64,000 nt of DNA from Eledone cirrhosa (lineage: Eukaryota), in NCBI GenBank assembly GCA_964016885.1, contig OZ024741.1, positions 362,390,001-362,454,000 of the forward strand, read 5' to 3'. The notes beneath the pieces are model-generated. The model was given only the letters and a program-made list of their open reading frames with translations, ran no database searches and was not told the DNA's origin. A program made the translations under genes and the position numbers. Each line of letters begins with the position of its first letter. The first letter of the stretch is position 1. Of the stretch, positions 40,500 to 52,389 are shown in pieces.

Positions 40500-42991
40500 G
40501 GATCAATTTCCCCCTCGTCCTTCTGCATATGAAAGTCTGCTGTCCAGGTTGGTGGTTTGCGACTTCTTTGCGATCTCCGCAGTGTTGGGGTGGCACTTTG
40601 AGTTTCCTCTTCCTCGGAGTCCGTTGACACAGTGATTCTACGGACATCCAGGACATGACGTGGTACTCCGTCCACGGACACATTGTTCTGGGAATTTACG
40701 GCCGTCACCGTTCCCCTTCCCCATTGAGATGTGCAACGTACATCTGGGGGCTTAACGCAGACTTCTTCGACCACCTACACGAATGCATTCTCTCTCCCCA
40801 CTGGCCGTTGTGGTGGCGTGCACGGGTGCCACCACTCGTATCTGAATACTGCTCTGTGTGGCACCGATTCCTCAACCTGTCCAACCCGAGGGGACATGTT
40901 GTACCAGAACACTGCCTCCATTGGTGAGATATGGCGCCTCTCCGCCATTGCCTTGATCGTCCAGTGGTGTAGCTCCACAATTCCATTTCCGCTCGGCCTG
41001 TGCGCTGCTCTGAAGAAACGGTCCACCTTCGAACACCTTCGGTCCACCATCCTTTGAACACTGTGTCTGTTAACGTCCGAGTCGATTCTCCTGGCTAGTA
41101 ACAGGGTCCTATCGACTCCCATGTGGTGCATGTCATGCAACCCTTTCAGATCCGACTCGGTCAGTCGACACACAGCAGCTATCCCCTCTTCTGTCCTCCG
41201 GCGCTTCCATCCAGGCTTTCTTCACCCTGGTTAAGACGTCCGCCCTATTTTTCTCTGAGGGCACGAAAACTACAACAACTTCAGGCCGAACTCGGTGGTC
41301 AGCTCTCCTAGAGTTCCCAGGCGGCGCTTTATCAGCATCTCCGCCGCCCCTTTCGTTCGCACTCTCTTCTCACTGGTAAGCACTGATCTCACCCATCCGA
41401 GTACAGTAGCCGGGTCGGTGCGTATCTCAATGGTGCGCAGTCCCCACCTCAGGGCGAGGTTCACCCCACTCAACACCGCGTCTACATTGGCCACATTGAT
41501 GTGGTTGCAGTCGTCCTTCTTCCTAAGCTAGGCTGCATCCTCGACCTCAACACCTCCTATCTCCAACGTGACACACAGCGCTATGCTGCTGGCATCGCAC
41601 CATACGGTCCCGCTCTGCGATTTGGGAACATACCAGCGTCCTCGCACTGGGTCGTCGGCCTTCACCCTCTCCACGATCTCCTGCATCATGGCCACCGTCC
41701 TCTCTCCCACTCTGTCACTCCAAGTCACCCCTCCCGCTCGTCTCTTGATATAGCTGCATGCCGTCCGGAGCCACCCAGCAATCGGGTAGTGACCCACCAA
41801 CTTTCCACACACCGAGAAAAGCTCCCGCCTACTCATACTTGGGCCCAGTTCTGGAACTTCATTTCCCCTCTGGAATACCAAGACGCCCGTCCTGTCTCGC
41901 CGTAGCCTAAGTCCCAGCGCGGCTCCTTCCTCCAACGCTTCTGACGGCTTCGCAGCCAGTCCATACCCCTGTAAATGGCTCGTGACCTCCGCCGCCGACA
42001 CTACAGACTCGTCCACTAGGATGTCGTCAATGTAGGAATTAGTGGCCATCTTCATCTTGTCGGCCTTTCCCAGAATGGTCTTGAGGCCCGCCGCCATGAT
42101 CTTCGGTGCGGAGCTCAGCCCGAAACCGAGCCTGGTCAAGCAATATGTCCGGCCCTTATACCTGACCAGCTGATACTGCCAGAGCTTCTCATCTATATGC
42201 AATTGCAAGTATGCCGACATTAGATCTACGATTGCGGAACCCCCCATCATGCGTCTCCACTCACGCAGGGTTTCCCCCACAGACATCCGTGACCTCGCCA
42301 CCCATGTGGCATGACACGTGCTCGTTCAGCTCCCGAAAGTCCAGTACCGGCCTCAACTTGTTCTTGGTGGGTTGCGCACCGCCATTAACAGCAATACTCC
42401 GCACTTCATCTCCTCTTTCCAGGGAAGCAGTATGCCCTCCTCAATCCATCTCTCTACCTCTCGCTTGAACTCGCTCCTAATGTCTCCCTTCAATGTGTGT
42501 TGATAGCAGCCCACTTTGGTCTTCAGTGTTGGTGGTTCTCCCTTCCAGTACCACTCAACAACCCATCGCTGCCCATCGAACACGGCCTTGAAGTCTTTGT
42601 CCTGCACAGTGTAAGCGGGGTATTTCTCCTCGTGGGACTTCTGGTTCTCCTGTCGCATACTCACAACGCATACCGATGCAGCGCCGCCAAACGACACACC
42701 GACATTGTTCACTGTGACGCCTCCTAGACGGCCAATTGCGTCCATGCCCATAACCACGCCGATCCCATCCACCACGTTGTCAACTACGATGGCAGAAAGC
42801 CTTATTTTCCTTCCTCGTACCGCCATCTCCACCTCGCTGCGACCTCGGCATTCAATTTTCCTGCCGTCGACTGTCCTTACGCTGCTCTTCCCTCTCCACC
42901 TCTGCGCCACCCCCGCGGTCACCAGTGCCGTCGTACAGCCTGTGTCCACGAGGGCTCGCTGTGGCTTTCCCCTCACGAAGACTTCCACCAC
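40500..42991 (-). pseudogene. pol of the LTR element (protease, RT, RNase H, integrase with core deletion)
   Basis: ALVDTGC; VDLMSAYLQ..RLGFGLSSAP..YIDD; WCDAS..HINV..IRTD; H..HHMG..RPSGNGIVE; frameshifts. Confidence 0.88.
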
Positions 42992-43002
42992 GGGCAGCGC
43001 CT

Positions 43003-43758
43003 CTACTCATAAGGGGAAATTACCGGCGCAGTAGTTCCCCTTGGATCGTTTCCCTGGTCGCAGTTAGTAGCAATGTGGCCTGGTCGCTTACACCGGTAGC
43101 ATATTATTTCCGGCCTCGACTCTCTACAGTCTCTCGCCATGTGCGGGTCCTGGCACCTAAAACAGCAACCTCTAAACGTTCGCGGGCGACCGCGTGCCGT
43201 GGTTGCCTCCCTTTCACCATTTCACTGCCAGCTGTCTTGAGCCTCTGTAGTTGCTATCGCCGCGACACTCTTCTTGGCATCTTCTGCTATGATACGGGAT
43301 TGCTCCACCAGTGAACGCATCTCCATTTCTTTGTAACTCGGGACTTGCTGCAGTTTCACCGCTATGACGTCTGGAAATCCATTTATGAACACCAACCGCA
43401 CCGTGCGTTCGCATTCCACCCGATATCCAGCCAACATGGCCAATTGCCGTATTTCCGCTGCGAAAATGTCAACGCGTTCACCGTTCCATCTAATTCTTGC
43501 CAGCTTAGCAAAAGCGGCTAACAGTCCCTCCGCGAACGCTTCCATCATGCGCACCTCAATATTTTGCGCATCCCTTTGGCTGTGTTCATCCAACTCAAGG
43601 AAGAGTACCAACGCGTCCCTCTCGAGGTACAGTGTCATGAGGCCAGCCACATCTATCTTCTGTAAGCTTGCGACCAGCCGGACTTTTCGCAGCCAAGCAA
43701 CATCACCTTCACCGGTAAATGCCCTAATCGCTTCGCTCGTTCGTAGTCTCGTCGCCAT
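43003..43758 (-). pseudogene. gag of the LTR element, with two zinc knuckles
   Basis: IRAFTGEGDVAWL..; CFRCQDPHMARDC and CYRCKRPGHIATNC; slippery GGGAAAC at 43048-43054 with pol in the -1 frame. Confidence 0.82.
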
Positions 43759-43893
43759 ATCCTAATTTGTCTTGCGGTACGTAATAAAAAAAAACAACAG
43801 CCTTCTCTCTGTTTTTCCAGTAGCTTTGTTTTCGAGAAAGTTTTTTTTTTTTTTTTTTTCAATCAGATCTCAGTTTCCAATGCCGAAATAGCT

Positions 43894-44148
43894 TGTGGTT
43901 AGAAAAAGCTATCTCACTTACCGCTTTTCATAGGCGTCGCTAAATCCCATGGCTGGTTTCTCCTCTTCCACGTGCGTCCAACTCATTAACACCCGGGAGC
44001 TGCCAAACTCGCGTTCCACACCGTTCCTGGTCACCACTAGAGAGAGACCGATCTGCTGATCCTTCCGGTCGAGCACCCTTCCGGTCAAGCACTCTTGCGG
44101 TCGAGCACTCCCCAGCTTCCGGCCACGGCACACCACACCATACCCACA
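43894..44148 (-). repeat. 5' LTR (255 bp)
   Basis: TG..CA ends; internal 16-bp repeats cttccggtc.agcac. Confidence 0.93.
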
Positions 44149-44153
44149 AGGAC

Positions 44154-44600
44154 TGAGGACAGATGCCTTTCTCTCCGGACAACAACTCATTCCCTTCTTT
44201 AGGTACCACTTTAGAAGGAGAATCAGAGTGAAGAGAGAGGCACTGCACCCCAGTAAATTTACTGAAAGGTGGGTGAACATAGCAAAAATGGCCCGAGTGA
44301 TTGGGCCTTCTCTGTATATAAACCTGTAGGTTAAAGATGAGAGCAAAAGGAGGAAAGGAACACTTGCACAACACGCTCCTAAAGTTGGGGGTTGTTCTAT
44401 CTACGGGGTATTAAACAACCCATTTGTAATGCCTCCCCCCTATTGGGGATTTCGATTGTTAAATTTGTTTGTTTCAATATTTTTACACGACTGAATGTAA
44501 AATCCCCGGCATGTCTCTTTGTATTGTCCCCTTTTCTTGTTCACCCTTGTGGCAAATAAAGAAATATATCTATCTATCGATCTATCTATCTATCTATCTA
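44154..44600 (+). mobile_element. Continuation of the interrupted Tx1 3' end with a (TATC)n tail
   Basis: Near-identical to 39640-40065; AATAAA followed by tatctatc repeats. Confidence 0.88.
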
Positions 44601-44762
44601 TCTATCTATTTATCTACTCATCCATCTACCCACCCACACGCCCATCCGCCTACCTACCTACCTTGGGCAAGTGTCTCCCACTATAGCTTTGGGTTGTCCC
44701 ATATCTTGTCAGTGAAAGTTGGTTGCTAAAAATTTTGTCTGCCCATCGTATATATATATATA

Positions 44763-44939
44763 TAATTGTTTCTACTTTGGGCACAAGGCCAGCAAAAACC
44801 CAGTGCATTACTGGTACTTTATTTTATCGATCCCGTAAGGATGAAAGGCAGAGTTAACCTCGGCGAGATTTGAACTCTGTCCGTAAAGGGACGTAACTCT
44901 ATACTGGAAAGCATGGCGTCTGACTCTCTCCCGATAGTC
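44763..44939 (-). mobile_element. tRNA-derived SINE
   Basis: Reverse complement of the 38904 family. Confidence 0.85.
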
Positions 44940-45107
44940 TTTGTTTATGTTTATGTTTGTATTTATATCTCGTAACTTGGTGGTTCGACAAAAAAGGTAA
45001 AATATGTGCCTACCTTGAAAAAAATAAGTACTCAGGTCGATACCGGGTCTAAGGCCACTGCTCTTTTCAACAACGTCAAATAACAACGCCATATATATAT
45101 ATATAAG

Positions 45108-45215
<108 letters not shown>

Positions 45216-45234
45216 TGTATGTATGTATATATAT

Positions 45235-45312
45235 GGTCACCAGTTGGTGCTACTGGTAACATGTATCCCAGTACAACCTGTCTCATGGTCGGGTCGTTGG
45301 CGACTAAACTGG
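45235..45312 (+). ncRNA. Candidate HDV-like ribozyme, partly degenerate
   Basis: P1 GGTCA/TGGTC, J1/2 hairpin, P2 CCAGT/ACTGG, P1.1 CC/GG, P4 TCG-TTGG-CGA, J4/2 CTAA; P3 does not pair well. Confidence 0.45.
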
Positions 45313-45836
45313 CAACCCCACCAAGGTTTCTTGGTGAGGAGGGTGACTTTGGACATCCTGCAGGACTAAAACAAAACCTGTCAAAGGGCAAAGGAGCTCT
45401 TAAGAGTCAATGGCCATCCAAAATCACCGGGAGAGATGACCCCTTAGCCTTTGTCAAGGCAAAATTCTAGGAGAAGGAAAACTCTGATATAACACCTGCA
45501 ACCCAATGATGTATCCAATGATGTTCACTTGTTCTTCTTTTTGATAAATATCATCTTGGTTAAGAGAGTGGGACTGGCTTTGTGCAGTGCCTTTGCTCAC
45601 TATAAAAGCTTCACGGCACAGGCATTGCTTTATATCTGGAGATCTCTCTGCACTTGTCGTCACATGGTACCATGGGCCCAGCACTATGTGTCAATAATTG
45701 TCACAAGTGTAGTGTTTGTGCCAGAGTTTTCATGTCGCAGGCTGGACTAAAAAGTCACACTCGTTCAGCGCATCAATAGGGTTTCTCCTACATGGATATA
45801 AAGTAGTGGCCATACTCGAAAACGAGTTGGCAGCCA

Positions 45837-45838
<2 letters not shown>
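45235..45838 (+). mobile_element. Short RTE-derived non-autonomous element (5'UTR-like part plus C-terminal zinc finger and 3'UTR) inside (TA)n
   Basis: HKCSVCARVFMSQAGLKSHTRSAH* C2H2 finger; 3' hairpin ACTCG-AAAA-CGAGT; HDV-like fold at the 5' end. Confidence 0.6.
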
Positions 45839-45894
<56 letters not shown>

Positions 45895-46050
45895 TAAAAT
45901 AACTAAAAAAATCAATCTGTGAACGCAGAAATAAATATTTCGAAAAACGTTGCAACCGAAGGAAAACAGGAAGACGATACTTTGGATCGTAAAGACGTTC
46001 CCTGGCAATGAACGGAAAAAAGCAAAGATAATACGTGAGAAATGAGAACA

Positions 46051-46140
46051 ATATTTGCTCTAGGGTTCTTATATATTTGATATATATTTATCCTCATCGA
46101 GCCCTCTTTGGATTTTAGTCTTCACAATTATTATTATTAC

Positions 46141-46196
<56 letters not shown>

Positions 46197-46546
46197 AACC
46201 AGTAAGACCCCGACAGCTGAGCTCAAGCCGTTTCGACGGCTAATTCTGGACTAAATGATGGTGGCTAAACCTGCCAAGGTTTAGCCACCATCTCCCCTAC
46301 TAATTTGCAACCACAGAATTACTACTGATTTTTGACAATCACTTTGACCATATATGGAATTACCCCTTGAGAAGATCGGCTATTTAAATACCAGGATAAA
46401 TTTTCATTTAGTCCAGAATTAGCCGTCGAAACGGCTTGAGCTCAGCTGTCGGGGTCTTACTGGTTCCTATTACCCACTCTACTACCTCAAGTATTGAGTA
46501 CTTTGGTGCGTTATGGTCCACATGGTTCCTTACCACATTTCCTTCG

Positions 46547-46588
<42 letters not shown>

Positions 46589-46700
46589 ATACTTGGGGAG
46601 GGTCATATTTGTAATAATAATAAATTTGAAGACTAAAATCCAAAGAGGGCTCGATAAGGATAAATATATATCAAATATATAAGAACCGTAGAGCAAATAT
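46051..46700. repeat. Nested inverted repeats
   Basis: Outer arms 46051-46140 / 46611-46700; inner perfect 67-bp arms 46192-46258 / 46404-46470; 16-bp hairpin at 46257-46292. Confidence 0.9.
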
Positions 46701-48036
46701 TTATTAAAATAACAGATTAAAGTTTAAGCAAAGAATCGCTGCTTTCACTCTGAACGGGATCTTCTGAAACTAACAAAGTCAATCTGCGAACGCAGAAGTG
46801 AATATTTCAAAAAACGTTGCATCCGGAGGAAGACAGGAAGACGATACTTTGGTTCGTTCCCTGGCAAAGAACGGGAAAAAACGAATATAATACGTCATTA
46901 TTACGGGGTCGATAAAATAAAGTACCAGTAATGCACTGGGTAATTGCTGGCCTTGTGCCTAAAGTAGAAACAATTATTTGGAGCGGTGAAAAACAATTAC
47001 ACGCAAAGACAAAACCACGTTGCCTTTCATCCTTACGGGGTCGATAAAATAAAGTACCAGTAATGTATTGGATAATTTCTGGCTTTGTGCCAAAAGTAGA
47101 AACAATTATTTGGAGCGGTGAAAAACAATTAGACGCAAAGACAAAACCACGTTTATGGTATAAAAGAAGTCGTAGACTAATATTCTCTTAGGTGGTTCAT
47201 AGAGACGTTCTCTGGCAATCAACGGAAAAACGAAGATAATACGTCATATGTGGAACGTGGAGAACAATTGCACGTAAAGACAAAACCACGTAAATGGTAT
47301 AACTGAAGTCGTAGACTAAAATTCTAACTAGGAAACCGAATGATTCTCGGCTTCAGAGTTAAGAATAAAGTAAATAAAATACAGAGGTAATTGAAATTAA
47401 ATAAATACATACATGCATCCATATACGTACATACACAAGCATACGCGAAAACACTCGCCATTGGTATACAAATACACGCACATATAAATATGTGTGTGTG
47501 TGTGTGTATACAAATAATTAAATAAACGTATATAAATAAATAAATACGTATATAACAAGCGCGCACACATACCTACATGTAAATACACATATGTTCGGAG
47601 ACGTACGTCAACCAAAACACGAAGTAAACATATACACACACCCTACATACGTACGAACCCGCATACTCACACAGACGCAAAAGTCACGTATACACATAAC
47701 CAAAAGCATATGTACCAGAATATATAAAATATACGCCATAACATATACAATCAAGTATACGTACGAGAAAGTATACGTACTTTCACAAAACATACAGGTA
47801 ATATATACTTACCTATGCAAATAAGTAATGACATAAACATAACATATACTTAGCTACCACATCAAGACGTAAAATATCCGCATATAGATCGTACTATCCG
47901 TTAGGGTATAATGTGGGGCTGTAATACAGGAAAGTTTTGTGCAATTTATGTTTACAAGCCGAAATTGCCTCAGATTTTTTGTTTAAGATGTGGTGTGTGG
48001 TCTGCAGCGATTCTTTGCTTAAACTTTAATCTGTTA

Positions 48037-48073
<37 letters not shown>

Positions 48074-48204
48074 TTTGAGTATATGTTGGTTGTTTACCGA
48101 CACCTCAATATGCAGATTGGAGCACTCGACGAAGTGCGCAGGTTGGTTTGGTTACTCCGGAGTAATGTAAAATAAAAGATAAGTCAAATTTGGCTTCGTT
48201 TATT

Positions 48205-48259
48205 ACTGCTATATATATTTCGGTGACAGCCATCTTTGGCTGTGACCTCTTCAGGCAGT
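48205..48259 (-). ncRNA. Type I minimal hammerhead ribozyme
   Basis: ACTGC-CTGAAGA-GGTcACAGCCA aaga TGGCTGTcACC-GAAA-TATATA-TA-GCAGT; all core nucleotides present, G-C closes stem II, palindromic stem III. Confidence 0.88.
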
Positions 48260-49203
48260 CCGAATTAGTGTGGTAGAGACGGGTACACATGTTGTTGAGG
48301 TGTTTAACTTCGTCAATACTCTGATATGCCCAGTTCCTGGTTGGGTTGTTATTTCACCGAGGAACTGGAATCATATGAATTCAAACAAACGAATTTCAGC
48401 GCCAAAGGACATCCTCTCCTCCCATTGGTCAGTTATGAGAACATTCCTCAGTCAAAAGTTTATAGAAATTATTTCTGAGGCGAGGCAATCTGTAGTGGTT
48501 GTTTTTGTTATTGTTAAGTATATCTGACCTCTTCCCTTATGTTGGTAGTGGTGTTGGTGTCAGCCTAAGTCCGGCTGCTGCTAATTTTAGAAGGATCTGT
48601 GTGTGTGTGTTGGCTTCTATCCTGCCACCATTTCTCGTGGTGGTGGTGGGGGGGGGGGGGGCATATTAAGAAATAAGATACAATAAAACGGGGAAATAAA
48701 AGGCAATAAAATAAAATAAAATAATGAAGAGAACAATAAAATGAAATGAAAAGGTAAAAGACTAAAAACATAAGAATAAAATAAAGAAATAAAAAAGTAA
48801 AATAGAGTAAAATAAAATAAAATAAGATAACATAAAATAAGATAAGCAAATAAATAAACAAAAAAATAATAAGATGGTAGAAGGAATAAGATAATAAAAG
48901 AATAAAATAAGATAGTCAAATAAAATGTGTGTGTGTTATAACCAATCTCAAAGTTAGAAAGATTTGGAAGATATTGACCGAATTAGAAAGGCTGTGTCAG
49001 AATCAATCTTTAGGCTATCATGGTGTGGTGGGTTTTAAGAGAAAATCAGACAAGGGTGGAGTGTAATACCCCATACCCCGAGTGTTAAAATCCGGAAATG
49101 CAGAGGACTACAGTTCCCATTTTGGCATGGAGCTCCCATGCGTGCATGTCAACTCACATCGTCCCAAGCACACACGCACAGGCACACCCAGGTGCATCCC
49201 CTA

Positions 49204-49304
<101 letters not shown>

Positions 49305-49792
49305 GACGCATACAAAAGTCAGCTCAGACATGTACAGACATGTACAAAAAAATAAATTACTAATAATAATTAAATAGATGTGTAGTTTCCATGTACATTA
49401 GTGCGGGAGATTGCATACGAAACCCTACAATATACACCAGAATGGGAACTGCATTCCATGCCATGCAAAACTGTTGTTCTGTATCCCCCCTCCGACTACC
49501 GTCAATGTCTCATGAAATATAAAGAAACAAAAGGAAAAAACTGTTTACTGTCATAGTATCGGATGATTTTCGTGACAGACGATGGCATGCAGGCGGACAT
49601 GCTGAACTTCTTAGATCCCTATACTATGCGCATGCGCTACATTTGCATTACCCCTAGTGTCGATACCAAACACAACATTAATAATGATAATGATTTCTAC
49701 TATAGGCACAAGGCCAGCAATTATGGGAGAGGGAAAAGTCGCTTAAATCGACACCAGTGCGGGATTTGTATTCAAGCATCAATAATTATAAT

Positions 49793-49978
49793 AATTGTTT
49801 CTACTTTTGGCACAAGGCCAGCAATTACCCAGTATATTACTGGTACTTTATTTTATCGACCCCGTAAGGGTGAAAGGCAAAGTTAACCTCGGCGGGATTT
49901 GAACTCAGAATGGCAAGGGCCGTAACTCTATGCGTCAAAGCATGGCGTCCGACCCTCTACCGATACTGCCAATCCACC
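49793..49978 (-). mobile_element. tRNA-derived SINE, near full length
   Basis: A-box-like TGGCAGTATCGG and B-box GAGTTCAAATCCC on the minus strand. Confidence 0.85.
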
Positions 49979-50071
49979 TAATAATGAGGGAGAAACTTCA
50001 TAAATAATATAGATAATATTTAATACATTAAAAGTAAATTAAGACACCTTTTTATTGAATTGGTTGACATC

Positions 50072-50470
50072 ATTAATAGGAAAGATGTGTATGATGAGCA
50101 TCAGCAAAGATATTGGTATTTGGTTGGAGATTGGTGAATTTTAGTCGTAAGTCACCGCACTCCTCCATGTTCAGTCTGCTTTGTTAGAGTGGCATTTGCG
50201 TGGCTAAGACCAGCTTCAACCATTTACGAACTTGGGAATGCAAGTAAAAATGGCTCAACCCTTAAACTAAGCTTGGAGTATTTAGTAGCTCCAATTGTCA
50301 CTGAAGCTTTTACTTCTGAACAATGATTTAGCTTTGAGATCCACACTCATATCAACGAGTTCCTCTTCTAAGTGAGATTCAATGTCTACATTTTCTATTT
50401 CCAATCCAGTCGGGTACGTGCATTTTCTCCAGGTCATTAAAACGAACTTTAAAGTCTTCCCTTAATATTT
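50072..50470 (-). pseudogene. hAT transposase C-terminal remnant (Charlie/ZBED8-like)
   Basis: EDFKVRFNDL..PDWI..LEEELVDM..FLLAFPSS*MVEAGLS..GDLRLKFTNLQP. Confidence 0.75.
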
Positions 50471-50476
50471 CGTGGC

Positions 50477-50521
<45 letters not shown>

Positions 50522-50682
50522 ATGCATGTATGGTCTCGTAACTCCTAATAGAGTCGTAAGGCGTTTTGGGGGCATTTTAAGCCGGGCAGAGCCCACCCCT
50601 CTCCAGGTTTGAGAACAGCAGATTTCTTCCAGAGAAAGATAGAAAGTGAGAGAGAGGAAATGAAAAAGAGATATAGAGGAAC

Positions 50683-50815
50683 TTTTTTTTTATCGATTTC
50701 AAAAGGATGAAAGGCAAAGTTGACCTCAGCGGGATTTGAACTCAGAGAGCAAGAGAGCCGGAACGAATACCATAAGTTTCTATCCGACGCTCTAACCATT
50801 CTGCTAATTAGCCCC
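50683..50815 (-). mobile_element. tRNA-derived SINE, diverged subfamily
   Basis: TAGCAGAATGG A-box, GAGTTCAAATCCC B-box, shared body. Confidence 0.75.
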
Positions 50816-50828
50816 CTATGGCGCTTTA

Positions 50829-51639
50829 TCTAATATATATTTGTGAAATGGGCGGTGGTTGAAATTCAAATGTGCACGGTTAAATTGTAGTAGACGTGGT
50901 CGGACTGACATGAAAATTTACACACCTATGTAAAAACTACCAAGGAAGCAAATAGACGAGGTTTCAAATCTCTAACTTGAAAAATGTGGTCCATGGGGCC
51001 CCAAAACTATCGCGTTCGGTGAGTTATTTCCCCTTGTTCTAATACTTTTGTCTTATTTACAATTTCATACAAATTTTTAAACTCATCAACGTTCTTTCGC
51101 TGTTAACATACAGTACCAATAATTTGAAAAATATTATTGAAAGTTTATTATAAAGAAGCAGTTTCAGGAAAAAGTGTAAACTATCATACAAACCTTCATA
51201 ATATGCATTTTCAAACTTGCATATCATCGACATTGCTATTTCGCTGTTAATAAACTATCATCCTTCTACATTTAACGATCATACAGTACCGTTTTATGAA
51301 ATCGATTCTGCAGTACGGTCACTGTTTTCCATCAAAAGAAATAAAACCCTTAAATTGCGAAGAAGGGACGCGTGTTTTTATTTTAATTCTAATACATGTT
51401 AACCACCACTAAGAGTAAGTAGTATTTTTCAAATTGCATATCATCGACATTGCTATTTCGTTGTTAATAAACAACTCTTTTCACGTCGCTCCACTTCTCA
51501 TTGTACGCCGTCCAGCCCCAAGTGCATATTTCTATTTTTTTTCCTGAAACTGCTTCTTTATAATAAACTTTCAATAATATTTTTCAAATTATTAACTTAA
51601 TAAAAAGTGGCCCCGGGTGCAACCGGGCTCAGCTGCTAG
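50829..51639 (+). mobile_element. Complete non-autonomous Helitron-like element (~810 bp)
   Basis: A|TC 5' end; 3' hairpin CCCGG-GTGCAA-CCGGG then CTAG|T; no TSD. Confidence 0.7.
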
Positions 51640-52389
51640 TATATATATATATATATCCAAATCACCGTCTGAAATGTTTTCATCTTGTTTGAAAAATATT
51701 TAAAATCTTTGCGTGCCAATGAAGATTTAAATAGCCCTATTTCGACTTGAAAGTCTATTAGTATTTTTCGGCCTTGAATAATTGTAACGTCTTTACATTA
51801 TTTCTTATACAAATGTCAGCATTGGATTCCAAAAGTTCAATCGACACCTGGCGTTTATCGATCCCCTTTTGACCTCCAGTCATTTAACGAACCATTGAAG
51901 AGCCTCATTGACTCCAGAGATCGATATAGACCACTTTCGAGACCCTGTTCTATATAGTGTTTCTGTATATTCATCAATACCTTTTATACAGTATATCAAT
52001 AAATTAGGTTGTTGTTTTTTTAATTCTTTAAATAACATTTCAAGAGATTTTTACCAGTCTTTAGTTTTTCTCCACAAAGCAAATAACTCTGGGCTTATCT
52101 CTCATTACTATCTCGCCTTAAGTTCCACTGTTTTAATTCTTATCCTATACCAGCCAGGATATCAACTAACTTAATATTAATACTTGAAATTGCAGGAATG
52201 ATGCAACATTGTAGCAAACGCTTGAAAAACTACGAAGAAATGCTGGGAAGACGTTGAAAAATATTAGCCTGAATTAAAATAGCCGTTTTATAGTTTTTTA
52301 TTTTATTTTCGAGTAGGTGTATATAGTACCCTATATATTCGCGTATAATACACACTTCTGTTACAGATGATGTTTAAACATTAAAATCG

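Larger units (their letters stand above)
40212..44148 (-). mobile_element. Complete but decayed Ty3/Gypsy-like LTR retrotransposon (~3.9 kb)
   Basis: Two TG..CA LTRs; 5-bp TSD AGGAC (40207-40211 and 44149-44153); gag-PR-RT-RNase H-IN order; PPT AGGGGAGGCG next to the 3' LTR. Confidence 0.93.
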
